Shown: positions 15,801 through 31,600 of the stretch, in pieces
Layout: the number at the start of each line of letters is the position of its first letter
Numbering within the stretch: position 1 is the first letter of the stretch
NCBI GenBank assembly: GCA_964016885.1
Contig: CAXHJY010000381.1
Span: 22,001-86,000, forward strand
DNA length: 64,000 bases
Reading direction: 5' to 3'
Source of the DNA: Eledone cirrhosa
Taxonomy: Eukaryota
The notes under the pieces: generated by a model
Told to the model about the DNA's origin: nothing
What the model saw: only the letters and a program-made list of their open reading frames with translations
Database searches by the model: none
Program-made: the position numbers and the translations under genes

Positions 15801-18800
15801 TATTAGTAACATGACAGTCTACATTAGTAACATGACACAGTCTATATTAGTAACATGACACAGTCTATATTAGTAACATGACACAGTCTATATTAGTAAC
15901 ATGACAGTCTATATTAGTAACATGACAGTCTACATTAGTAACATGACACAGTCTATATTAGTAACATGACAAAGTCGATATTAGTAACATGACAATGTCT
16001 ATATTAGTAACATGACAAAGTCTATATTAGTAAAATGACAAAGTCTATATTAGTAACATGACAAAGTCTTTATTAGTAACATGACACAGTCTATATTAGT
16101 AACATGACACAGTCTATATTAGTAACATGACAAAGTCTATATTAGTAACATGACACAGTCTATATTAGTAACATGACACAGTCTATATTAGTAACATGAC
16201 AAAGTCTATATTAGTATCATGACAAAGTCTATATTAGTAACATGACAAAGTCTATATTAGTAACATGACAAAGTCTATATTAGTAGCATGACAAAGTCTG
16301 TATTAGTAACATGACAAGGTCAATATTAGTAACATGACAAAGTCTATATTAGTAACATGACAAAGTCTATATTAGTAACATGACACAGTCTATATTAGTA
16401 ACATGACAAAGTCTATATTAGTAGCATGACAAAGTCTATATTAGTAACATGACAAAGTCTATATTAGTAACATGACAAAGTCTATATTAGTAACATGACA
16501 AAGTCTATATTAGTAACATGACAAAGTCTATATTAGTAACATGACAAAGTCTATATTAGTAACATGACACAGTCTATATTAGTAACATGACAGTCTATAT
16601 TAGTAACATGACAGTCTACATTAGTAACATGACACAGTCTATATTAGTAACATGACGAAGTCGATATTAGTAACATGACAATGTCTATATTAGTAACATG
16701 ACAAAGTCTATATTAGTAACATGACACAGTCTATATTACTAACATGACACAGCCTATATTAGTAACATGACACAGTCTATATTAGTAACATGACAAAGTC
16801 TATATTAGTAACATGACAAAGTCTATATTAGTAACATGACAAAGTCTATATTAGTAAAATGACACAGTCTATATTAGTAACATGACACAGTCTATATTAG
16901 TAGCATGACACAGTCCATATTAGTAACATGATACAGTCTATATTAGTAACATGACAAAGTCTATATTAGTAACATGACAAAGTCTATATTAGTAAAATGA
17001 CAAAGTCTATATTAGTAACATGACAAAGTCTTTATTAGTAACATGACACAGTCTATATTAGTAACATGACACAGTCTATATTAGTAACATGACAAAGTCT
17101 ATATTAGTAACATGACAAAGTCTATATTAGTAACATGACACAGTCTATATTAGTAACATGACACAGTCTATATTAGTAACATGACAAAGTCTATATTAGT
17201 AACATGACAAAATCTATATTAGTAACATGACACAGTCTATATTAGTAACATGACACAGTCTATATTAGTAACATGACACAGTCTATATTAGTAACATTAG
17301 ACAGTCTATATTAGTAGCATGACAAAGTCTATATTAGTAACATGACACAGTCTACATTAGTAACATGACAAAGTCTATATTAGTAACATGACACAGTCTA
17401 TATTAGTAACATGAGACAGTCTATATTAGTAACATGACAAAGTCTATATTAGTAACATGACAAAGTCTATATTAGTAACATGACAAAGTCTATATTAGTA
17501 AAATGACAAAGTCTATATTAGTAACATGACAAAGTCTTTATTAGTAACATGACACAGTCTATATTAGTAACATGACACAGTCTATATTAGTAACATGACA
17601 AAGTCTATATTAGTAACATGACACAGTCTATATTAGTAACATGACACAGTCTATATTAGTAACATGACAAAGTCTATATTAGTAACATGACAAAGTCTAT
17701 ATTAGTAACATGACAAAGTCTATATTAGTAACATGACAAAGTCTATATTAGTAAAATGACACAGTCTATATTAGTAACATGACAAAGTCTATATTAGTAA
17801 CATGACACAGTCTATATTAGTAACATGACACAGTCTATATTAGTAGCATGACACAGTCTATATTAGTAACATGATACAATCTATATTAGTAACATGACAA
17901 AGTCTATATTAGTAACATGACAAAGTCTATATTAGTAACATGACAAAGTCTATATTAGTAACATGACACAGTCTATATTAGTAACATGACACAGTCTATA
18001 TTAGTAACATGACAAAGTCTATATTAGTAACATGACACAGTCTATATTAGTAACATGACACAGTCTATATTAGTAGCATGACACAGTCTATATTAGTAAC
18101 ATGATACAGTCTATATTAGTAACATGACAAAGTCTATATTAGTAACATGACAAAGTCTATATTAGTAAAATGACAAAGTCTATATTAGTAACATGACAAA
18201 GTCTTTATTAGTAACATGACACAGTCTATATTAGTAACATGACACAGTCTATATTAGTAACATGACAAAGTCTATATTAGTAACATGACAAAGTCTATAT
18301 TAGTAACATGACAGAGTCTATATTAGTAACATCACACAGTCTATATTAGTAACATGACAAAGTCTATATTAGTAACATGACAAAGTCTATATTAGTAACA
18401 TGACACAGTCTATATTAGTAACATGACACAGTCTATATTAGTAACATGACACAGTCTATATTAGTAACATGAGACAGTCTATATTAGTAGCATGACAAAG
18501 TCTATATTAGTAACATGACACAGTCTACATTAGTAACATGACAAAGTCTATATTAGTAACATGACACAGTCTATATTAGTAACATGAGACTGTCTATATT
18601 AGTAACATGACTAAGTCTATATTAGTAACATGACACAGTCTATATTAGTAACATGACACAGTCTATATTAGTAACATGACAAAGTCTATATTAGTAACAT
18701 GACAAAGTTTATATTAGTAACATGACAAAGTCTATATTAGTAACATGACACAGTCTATATTAGTAACATGACGAAGTCTATATTAGTAACATGACACAGT

Positions 18801-19666
18801 CTATATTAGTAACATGACACAGTCTATATTAGTAACATGACAAAGTCTATATTAGTAACATGACACAGTCTATATTAGTAAAATGACAAAGTCTATATTA
18901 GTAACATGACAAAGTCTTTATTACTAACATGACACAGTCTATATTAGTAACATGACACAGTCTATATTAGTAACATGACAAAGTCTATATTAGTAACATG
19001 ACACAGTCTATATTAGTAACATGACACAGTCTATATTAGTAACATGACAAAGTCTATATTAGTAACATGACAAAGTCTATATTAGTAACATGACAAAGTC
19101 TATATTAGTAACATGACAAAGTCTATATTAGTAGCATGACAAAGTCTGTATTAGTAACATGACAAGGTCAATATTAGTAACATGACAAAGTCTATATTAG
19201 TAACATGACAAAGTCTATATTAGTAACATGACACAGTCTATATTAGTAACATGACAAAGTCTATATTAGTAGCATGACAAAGTCTATATTAGTAACATGA
19301 CAAAGTCTATATTAGTAACATGACAAAGTCTATATTAGTAACATGACAAAGTCTATATTAGTAACATGACAAAGTCTATATTAGTAACATGACAAAGTCT
19401 ATATTAGTAACATGACACAGTCTATATTAGTAACATGACAGTCTATATTAGTAACATGACAGTCTACATTAGTAACATGACACAGTCTATATTAGTAACA
19501 TGACAAAGTCGATATTAGTAACATGACAATGTCTATATTAGTAACATGACAAAGTCTATATTAGTAACATGACACAGTCTATATTACTAACATGACACAG
19601 CCTATATTAGTAACATGACACAGTCTATATTAGTAACATGACAAAGTCTATATTAGTAACATGACA
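11220..19666 (+). repeat. Higher-order near-tandem duplication, offset 4331 bp (~11220-15335 vs ~15551-19666)
   Basis: CAAGGTC 11279/15610, CATAAC 11343/15674, TAACATTAG 12961/17292, GACTAAG 14278/18609. Several point differences (AAATTC ~12146, AAGCC ~12193, TACAAT ~17875, CAGAG ~18312, AGTTT ~18706). Confidence 0.88.
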
Positions 19667-22600
19667 CAGTCTATATTAGTAACATGACACAGTCTATATT
19701 AGTAGCATGACACAGTCTATATTAGTAACATGATACAGTCTATATTAGTAACATGACAAAGTCTATATTAGTAACATGACAAAGTCTATATTAGTAACAT
19801 GACAAAGTCTATATTAGTAACATGACACAGTCTATATTAGTAACATGACACAGTCTATATTAGTAACATGACAAAGTCTATATTAGTAACATGACACAGT
19901 CTATATTAGTAACATGACACAGTATATATTAGTAGCATGACAAAGTCTTTATTAGTAACATGACACAGTCTATATTAGTAACATGACACAGTCTATATTA
20001 GTAACATGACAAAGTCTATATTAGTAACATGACAAAGTCTATATTAGTAACATGACACAGTCTATATTAGTAACATGACACAGTCTATATTAGTAACATG
20101 ACAAAGTCTATATTAGTAACATGACAAAATCTATATTAGTAACATGACACAGTCTATATTAGTAACATGACACAGTCTATATTAGTAACATGACACAGTC
20201 TATATTAGTAACATTAGACAGTCTATATTAGTAGCATGACAAAGTCTATATTAGTAACATGACACAGTCTACATTAGTAACATGACAAAGTCTATATTAG
20301 TAACATGACACAGTCTATATTAGTAACATGAGACAGTCTATATTAGTAACATGACAAAGTCTATATTAGTAACATGACACAGTCTATATTAGTAACATGA
20401 CAAGGTCTATATTAGTAGCATGACAAAGTCTATATTAGTAACATGACAAAGTCTATATTAGTAACATAACAAAGTCTATATTAGTAACATGACAAAGTCT
20501 ATATTAGTAACATGACAAAGTCTATATTAGTAACATGACAAAGTCTATATTAGTAACATGACACAGTCTATATTAGTAACATGACAGTCTATATTAGTAA
20601 CATGACAGTCTACATTAGTAACATGACACAGTCTATATTAGTAACATGACACAGTCTATATTAGTAATATGACACAGTCTATATTAGTAACATGACAGTC
20701 TATATTAGTAACATGACAGTCTACATTAGTAACATGACACAGTCTATATTAGTAACATGACAAAGTCGATATTAGTAACATGACAATGTCTATATTAGTA
20801 ACATGACAAAGTCTATATTAGTAACATGACACAGTCTATATTACTAACATGAGACAGCCTATATTAGTAACATGACACAGTCTATATTAGTAACATAACA
20901 AAGTCTATATTAGTAACATGACAAAGTCTATATTAGTAACATGACAAAGTCTATATCAGTAACATGACACAGTCTATATTAGTAACATGACACAGTCTAT
21001 ATTAGTAGCATGACACAGTCCATATTAGTAACATGATACAGTCTATATTAGTAACATGACAAAGTCTATATTAGTAACATGACAAAGTCTATATTAGTAA
21101 AATGACAAAGTCTATATTAGTAACATGACAAAGTGTTTATTAGTAACATGACACAGTCTATATTAGTAACATGACAAAGTCTATATTAGTAACATGACAA
21201 AGTCTATATTAGTAACATGACAAAGTCTATATTAGTAACATGACACAGTCTATATTAGTAACATGACAGTCTATATTAGTAACATGACAGTCTACATTAG
21301 TAACATGACACAGTCTATATTAGTAACATGACACAGTCTATATTAGTAACATGACAGTCTATATTAGTAACATGACAGTCTATATTAGTAACATGACAGT
21401 CTACATTAGTAACATGACACAGTCTATATTAGTAACATGACAAAGTCGATATTAGTAACATGACAATGTCTATATTAGTAACATGACAAAGTCTATATTA
21501 GTAAAATGACAAAGTCTATATTAGTAACATGACAAAGTCTTTATTAGTAACATGACACAGTCTATATTAGTAACATGACACAGTCTATATTAGTAACATG
21601 ACAAAGTCTATATTAGTAACATGACACAGTCTATATTAGTAACATGACACAGTCTATATTAGTAACATGACAAAGTCTATATTAGTAACATGACAAAGTC
21701 TATATTAGTAACATGACAAAGTCTATATTAGTAACATGACAAAGTCTATATTAGTAGCATGACAAAGTCTGTATTAGTAACATGACAAGGTCAATATTAG
21801 TAACATGACAAAGTCTATATTAGTAACATGACAAAGTCTATATTAGTAACATGACACAGTCTATATTAGTAACATGACAAAGTCTATATTAGTAGCATGA
21901 CAAAGTCTATATTAGTAACATGACAAAGTCTATATTAGTAACATGACAAAGTCTATATTAGTAACATGACAAAGTCTATATTAGTAACATGACAAAGTCT
22001 ATATTAGTAACATGACAAAGTCTATATTAGTAACATGACACAGTCTATATTAGTAACATGACAGTCTATATTAGTAACATGACAGTCTACATTAGTAACA
22101 TGACACAGTCTATATTAGTAACATGACGAAGTCGATATTAGTAACATGACAATGTCTATATTAGTAACATGACACAGTCTATATTAGTAACATGACAAAG
22201 TCTATATTACTAACATGACAAAGTCTATATTAGTAACATGACAAAGTCTATATTAGTAAAATGACACAGTCTATATTAGTAACATGACACAGTCTATATT
22301 AGTAGCATGACACAGTCCATATTAGTAACATGATACAGTCTATATTAGTAACATGACAAAGTCTATATTAGTAACATGACAAAGTCTATATTAGTAAAAT
22401 GACAAAGTCTATATTAGTAACATGACAAAGTCTTTATTAGTAACATGGCACAGTCTATATTAGTAACATGACACAGTCTATATTAGTAACATGACAAAGT
22501 CTATATTAGTAACATGACAAAGTCTATATTAGTAACATGACACAGTCTATATTAGTAACATGACACAGTCTATATTAGTAACATGACAAAGTCTATATTA

Positions 22601-25600
22601 GTAACATGACAAAATCTATATTAGTAACATGACACAGTCTATATTAGTAACATGACACAGTCTATATTAGTAACATGACACAGTCTATATTAGTAACATT
22701 AGACAGTCTATATTAGTAGCATGACAAAGTCTATATTAGTAACATGACACAGTCTACATTAGTAACATGACAAAGTCTATATTAGTAACATGACACAGTC
22801 TATATTAGTAACATGAGACAGTCTATATTAGTAACATGACAAAGTCTATATTAGTAACATGACACAGTCTATATTAGTAACATGACAAAGTCTATATTAG
22901 TAAAATGACAAAGTCTATATTAGTAACATGACAAAGTCTTTATTAGTAACATGACACAGTCTATATTAGTAACATGACACAGTCTATATTAGTAACATGA
23001 CAAAGTCTATATTAGTAACATGACACAGTCTATATTAGTAACATGACACAGTCTATATTAGTAACATGACAAAGTCTATATTAGTAACATGACAAAGTCT
23101 ATATTAGTAACATGACAAAGTCTATATTAGTAACATGACAAAGTCTATATTAGTAAAATGACACAGTCTATATTAGTAACATGACAAAGTCTATATTAGT
23201 AACATGACACAGTCTATATTAGTAACATGACACAGTCTATATTAGTAGCATGACACAGTCTATATTAGTAACATGATACAGTCTATATTAGTAACATGAC
23301 AAAGTCTATATTAGTAACATGACAAAGTCTATATTAGTAACATGACAAAGTCTATATTAGTAACATGACACAGTCTATATTAGTAACATGACACAGTCTA
23401 TATTAGTAACATGACAAAGTCTATATTAGTAACATGACACAGTCTATATTAGTAACATGACACAGTCTATATTAGTAGCATGACACAGTCTATATTAGTA
23501 ACATGATACAGTCTATATTAGTAACATGACAAAGTCTATATTAGTAACATGACAAAGTCTATATTAGTAAAATGACAAAGTCTATATTAGTAACATGACA
23601 AAGTCTTTATTAGTAACATGACACAGTCTATATTAGTAACATGACACAGTCTATATTAGTAACATGACAAAGTCTATATTAGTAACATGACAAAGTCTAT
23701 ATTAGTAACATGACACAGTCTATATTAGTAACATCACACAGTCTATATTAGTAACATGACAAAGTCTATATTAGTAACATGACACAGTCTATATTAGTAA
23801 CATGACACAGTCTATATTAGTAACATGACACAGTCTATATTAGTAACATGACACAGTCTATATTAGTAACATGAGACAGTCCATATTAGTAGCATGACAA
23901 AGTCTATATTAGTAACATGACACAGTCTACATTAGTAACATGACAAAGTCTATATTAGTAACATGACACAGTCTATATTAGTAACATGAGACAGTCTATA
24001 TTAGTAACATGACTAAGTCTATATTAGTAACATGACACAGTCTATATTAGTAACATGACACAGTCTATATTAGTAACATGACAAAGTCTATATTAGTAAC
24101 ATGACAAAGTCTATATTAGTAACATGACAAAGTCTATATTAGTAACATGACACAGTCTATATTAGTAACATGACGAAGTCTATATTAGTAACATGACACA
24201 GTCTATATTAGTAACATGACACAGTCTATATTAGTAACATGACAAAGTCTATATTAGTAACATGACACAGTCTATATTAGTAAAATGACAAAGTCTATAT
24301 TAGTAACATGACAAAGTCTTTATTACTAACATGACACAGTCTATATTAGTAACATGACACAGTCTATATTAGTAACATGACAAAGTCTATATTAGTAACA
24401 TGACACAGTCTATATTAGTAACATGACACAGTCTATATTAGTAACATGACAAAGTCTATATTAGTAACATGACACAGTCTATATTAGTAACATGACAAAG
24501 TCTATATTAGTAGCATGACAAAGTCTATATTAGTAACATGACAAAGTCTATATTAGTAACATGACAAAGTCTATATTAGTAACATGACAAAGTCTATATT
24601 AGTAACATGACAAAGTCTATATTAGTAACATGACAAAGTCTATATTAGTAACATGACACAGTCTATATTAGTAACATGACAGTCTATATTAGTAACATGA
24701 CAGTCTACATTAGTAACATGACACAGTCTATATTAGTAACATGACAAAGTCGATATTAGTAACATGAAAATGTCTATATTAGTAACATGACAAAGTCTAT
24801 ATTAGTAACATGACACAGTCTATATTACTAACATGACACAGCCTATATTAGTAACATGACACAGTCTATATTAGTAACATGACAAAGTCTATATTAGTAA
24901 CATGACAAAGTCTATATTAGTAACATGACAAAGTCTATATTAGTAACATGACACAGTCTATATTAGTAACATGACACAGTCTATATTAGTAGCATGACAC
25001 AGTCCATATTAGTAACATGATACAGTCTATATTAGTAACATGACAAAGTCTATATTAGTAACATGACAAAGTCTATATTAGTAAAATGACAAAGTCTATA
25101 TTAGTAACATGACAAAGTCTTTATTAGTAACATGACACAGTCTATATTAGTAACATGACACAGTCTATATTAGTAACATGACAAAGTCTATATTAGTAAC
25201 ATGACAAAGTCTATATTAGTAACATGACACAGTCTATATTAGTAACATGACACAGTCTATATTAGTAACATGACAAAGTCTATATTAGTAACATGACAAA
25301 ATCTATATTAGTAACATGACACAGTCTACATTAGTAACATGACAAAGTCTATATTAGTAACATGACACAGTCTATATTAGTAACATGAGACAGTCTATAT
25401 TAGTAACATGACAAAGTCTATATTAGTAACATGACAAAGTCTATATTAGTAAAATGACAAAGTCTATATTAGTAACATGACAAAGTCTTTATTAGTAACA
25501 TGACACAGTCTATATTAGTAACATGACACAGTCTATATTAGTAACATGACAAAGTCTATATTAGTAACATGACACAGTCTATATTAGTAACATGACACAG

Positions 25601-28600
25601 TCTATATTAGTAACATGACAAAGTCTATATTAGTAACATGACAAAGTCTATATTAGTAACATGACAAAGTCTATATTAGTAACATGACAAAGTCTATATT
25701 AGTAGCATGACAAAGTCTGTATTAGTAACATGACAAAGTCTATATTAGTAACATGACAAAGTCTATATTAGTAAAATGACAAAGTCTATATTAGTAACAT
25801 GACAAAGTCTTTATTAGTAACATGACAAAGTCTATATTAGTAACATGACACAGTCTATATTAGTAACATGACAAGGTCTATATTAGTAGCATGACAAAGT
25901 CTATATTAGTAACATGACAAAGTCTATATTAGTAACATAACAAAGTCTATATTAGTAACATGACAAAGTCTATATTAGTAACATGACAAAGTCTATATTA
26001 ATAACATGACAAAGTCTATATTAGTAACATGACACAGTCTATATTAGTAACATGACAGTCTATATTAGTAACATGACAGTCTACATTAGTAACATGACAC
26101 AGTCTATATTAGTAACATGACACAGTCTATATTAGTAACATGACACAGTCTATATTAGTAACATGACAGTCTATATTAGTAACATGACAGTCTACATTAG
26201 TAACATGACACAGTCTATATTAGTAACATGACAAAGTCGATATTAGTAACATGACAATGTCTATATTAGTAACATGACAAAGTCTATATTAGTAAAATGA
26301 CAAAGTCTATATTAGTAACATGACAAAGTCTTTATTAGTAACATGACACAGTCTATATTAGTAACATGACACAGTCTATATTAGTAACATGACAAAGTCT
26401 ATATTAGTAACATGACACAGTCTATATTAGTAACATGACACAGTCTATATTAGTAACATGACAAAGTCTATATTAGTATCATGACAAAGTCTATATTAGT
26501 AACATGACAAAGTCTATATTAGTAACATGACAAAGTCTATATTAGTAGCATGACAAAGTCTGTATTAGTAACATGACAAGGTCAATATTAGTAACATGAC
26601 AAAGTCTATATTAGTAACATGACAAAGTCTATATTAGTAACATGACACAGTCTATATTAGTAACATGACACAGTCTATATTAGTAACATGACAAAGTCTA
26701 TATTAGTAACATGACACAGTCTATATTAGTAACATGACAAAGTCTATATTAGTAGCATGACAAAGTCTATATTAGTAACATGACAAAGTCTATATTAGTA
26801 ACATGACAAAGTCTATATTAGTAACATGACAAAGTCTATATTAGTAACATGACAAAGTCTATATTAGTAACATGACAAAGTCTATATTAGTAACATGACA
26901 CAGTCTATATTAGTAACATGACAGTCTATATTAGTAACATGACAGTCTACATTAGTAACATGACACAGTCTATATTAGTAACATGACAAAGTCGATATTA
27001 GTAACATGAAAATGTCTATATTAGTAACATGACAAAGTCTATATTAGTAACATGACACAGTCTATATTACTAACATGACACAGCCTATATTAGTAACATG
27101 ACACAGTCTATATTAGTAACATGACAAAGTCTATATTAGTAACATGACAAAGTCTATATTAGTAACATGACAAAGTCTATATTAGTAACATGACACAGTC
27201 TATATTAGTAACATGACACAGTCTATATTAGTAGCATGACACAGTCCATATTAGTAACATGATACAGTCTATATTAGTAACATGACAAAGTCTATATTAG
27301 TAACATGACAAAGTCTATATTAGTAAAATGACAAAGTCTATATTAGTAACATGACAAAGTCTTTATTAGTAACATGACACAGTCTATATTAGTAACATGA
27401 CACAGTCTATATTAGTAACATGACAAAGTCTATATTAGTAACATGACAAAGTCTATATTAGTAACATGACACAGTCTATATTAGTAACATGACACAGTCT
27501 ATATTAGTAACATGACAAAGTCTATATTAGTAACATGACAAAATCTATATTAGTAACATGACACAGTCTACATTAGTAACATGACAAAGTCTATATTAGT
27601 AACATGACACAGTCTATATTAGTAACATGAGACAGTCTATATTAGTAACATGACAAAGTCTATATTAGTAACATGACAAAGTCTATATTAGTAAAATGAC
27701 AAAGTCTATATTAGTAACATGACAAAGTCTTTATTAGTAACATGACACAGTCTATATTAGTAACATGACACAGTCTATATTAGTAACATGACAAAGTCTA
27801 TATTAGTAACATGACACAGTCTATATTAGTAACATGACACAGTCTATATTAGTAACATGACAAAGTCTATATTAGTAACATGACAAAGTCTATATTAGTA
27901 ACATGACAAAGTCTATATTAGTAACATGACAAAGTCTATATTAGTAGCATGACAAAGTCTGTATTAGTAACATGACAAAGTCTATATTAGTAACATGACA
28001 AAGTCTATATTAGTAAAATGACAAAGTCTATATTAGTAACATGACAAAGTCTTTATTAGTAACATGACAAAGTCTATATTAGTAACATGACACAGTCTAT
28101 ATTAGTAACATGACAAGGTCTATATTAGTAGCATGACAAAGTCTATATTAGTAACATGACAAAGTCTATATTAGTAACATAACAAAGTCTATATTAGTAA
28201 CATGACAAAGTCTATATTAGTAACATGACAAAGTCTATATTAGTAACATGACAAAGTCTATATTAGTAACATGACACAGTCTATATTAGTAACATGACAG
28301 TCTATATTAGTAACATGACAGTCTACATTAGTAACATGACACAGTCTATATTAGTAACATGACACAGTCTATATTAGTAACATGACACAGTCTATATTAG
28401 TAACATGACAGTCTATATTAGTAACATGACAGTCTACATTAGTAACATGACACAGTCTATATTAGTAACATGACAAAGTCGATATTAGTAACATGACAAT
28501 GTCTATATTAGTAACATGACAAAGTCTATATTAGTAAAATGACAAAGTCTATATTAGTAACATGACAAAGTCTTTATTAGTAACATGACACAGTCTATAT

Positions 28601-31600
28601 TAGTAACATGACACAGTCTATATTAGTAACATGACAAAGTCTATATTAGTAACATGACACAGTCTATATTAGTAACATGACACAGTCTATATTAGTAACA
28701 TGACAAAGTCTATATTAGTATCATGACAAAGTCTATATTAGTAACATGACAAAGTCTATATTAGTAACATGACAAAGTCTATATTAGTAGCATGACAAAG
28801 TCTGTATTAGTAACATGACAAGGTCAATATTAGTAACATGACAAAGTCTATATTAGTAACATGACAAAGTCTATATTAGTAACATGACACAGTCTATATT
28901 AGTAACATGACAAAGTCTATATTAGTAGCATGACAAAGTCTATATTAGTAACATGACAAAGTCTATATTAGTAACATGACAAAGTCTATATTAGTAACAT
29001 GACAAAGTCTATATTAGTAACATGACAAAGTCTATATTAGTAACATGACAAAGTCTATATTAGTAACATGACACAGTCTATATTAGTAACATGACAGTCT
29101 ATATTAGTAACATGACAGTCTACATTAGTAACATGACACAGTCTATATTAGTAACATGACGAAGTCGATATTAGTAACATGACAATGTCTATATTAGTAA
29201 CATGACAAAGTCTATATTAGTAACATGACACAGTCTATATTACTAACATGACACAGCCTATATTAGTAACATGACACAGTCTATATTAGTAACATGACAA
29301 AGTCTATATTAGTAACATGACAAAGTCTATATTAGTAACATGACAAAGTCTATATTAGTAAAATGACACAGTCTATATTAGTAACATGACACAGTCTATA
29401 TTAGTAGCATGACACAGTCCATATTAGTAACATGATACAGTCTATATTAGTAACATGACAAAGTCTATATTAGTAACATGACAAAGTCTATATTAGTAAA
29501 ATGACAAAGTCTATATTAGTAACATGACAAAGTCTTTATTAGTAACATGACACAGTCTATATTAGTAACATGACACAGTCTATATTAGTAACATGACAAA
29601 GTCTATATTAGTAACATGACAAAGTCTATATTAGTAACATGACACAGTCTAAATTAGTAACATGACACAGTCTATATTAGTAACATGACAAAGTCTATAT
29701 TAGTAACATGACAAAATCTATATTAGTAACATGACACAGTCTATATTAGTAACATGACACAGTCTATATTAGTAACATGACACAGTCTATATTAGTAACA
29801 TTAGACAGTCTATATTAGTAGCATGACAAAGTCTATATTAGTAACATGACACAGTCTACATTAGTAACATGACAAAGTCTATATTAGTAACATGACACAG
29901 TCTATATTAGTAACATGAGACAGTCTATATTAGTAACATGACAAAGTCTATATTAGTAACATGACAAAGTCTATATTAGTAACATGACAAAGTCTATATT
30001 AGTAAAATGACAAAGTCTATATTAGTAACATGACAAAGTCTTTATTAGTAACATGACACAGTCTATATTAGTAACATGACACAGTCTATATTAGTAACAT
30101 GACAAAGTCTATATTAGTAACATGACACAGTCTATATTAGTAACATGACACAGTCTATATTAGTAACATGACAAAGTCTATATTAGTAACATGACAAAGT
30201 CTATATTAGTAACATGACAAAGTCTATATTAGTAACATGACAAAGTCTATATTAGTAAAATGACACAGTCTATATTAGTAACATGACAAAGTCTATATTA
30301 GTAACATGACACAGTCTATATTAGTAACATGACACAGTCTATATTAGTAGCATGACACAGTCTATATTAGTAACATGATACGATCTATATTAGTAACATG
30401 ACAAAGTCTATATTAGTAACATGACAAAGTCTATATTAGTAACATGACAAAGTCTATATTAGTAACATGACACAGTCTATATTAGTAACATGACACAGTC
30501 TATATTAGTAACATGACAAAGTCTATATTAGTAACATGACACAGTCTATATTAGTAACATGACACAGTCTATATTAGTAGCATGACACAGTCTATATTAG
30601 TAACATGATACAGTCTATATTAGTAACATGACAAAGTCTATATTAGTAACATGACAAAGTCTATATTAGTAAAATGACAAAGTCTATATTAGTAACATGA
30701 CAAAGTCTTTATTAGTAACATGACACAGTCTATATTAGTAACATGACACAGTCTATATTAGTAACATGACAAAGTCTATATTAGTAACATGACAAAGTCT
30801 ATATTAGTAACATGACACAGTCTATATTAGTAACATCACACAGTCTATATTAGTAACATGACAAAGTCTATATTAGTAACATGACAAAGTCTATATTAGT
30901 AACATGACACAGTCTATATTAGTAACATGACACAGTCTATATTAGTAACATGACACAGTCTATATTAGTAACATGAGACAGTCTATATTAGTAGCATGAC
31001 AAAGTCTATATTAGTAACATGACACAGTCTACATTAGTAACATGACAAAGTCTATATTAGTAACATGACACAGTCTATATTAGTAACATGAGACTGTCTA
31101 TATTAGTAACATGACTAAGTCTATATTAGTAACATGACACAGTCTATATTAGTAACATGACACAGTCTATATTAGTAACATGACAAAGTCTATATTAGTA
31201 ACATGACAAAGTTTATATTAGTAACATGACAAAGTCTATATTAGTAACATGACACAGTCTATATTAGTAACATGACGAAGTCTATATTAGTAACATGACA
31301 CAGTCTATATTAGTAACATGACACAGTCTATATTAGTAACATGACAAAGTCTATATTAGTAACATGACACAGTCTATATTAGTAAAATGACAAAGTCTAT
31401 ATTAGTAACATGACAAAGTCTTTATTACTAACATGACACAGTCTATATTAGTAACATGACACAGTCTATATTAGTAACATGACAAAGTCTATATTAGTAA
31501 CATGACACAGTCTATATTAGTAACATGACACAGTCTATATTAGTAACATGACAAAGTCTATATTAGTAACATGACAAAGTCTATATTAGTAACATGACAA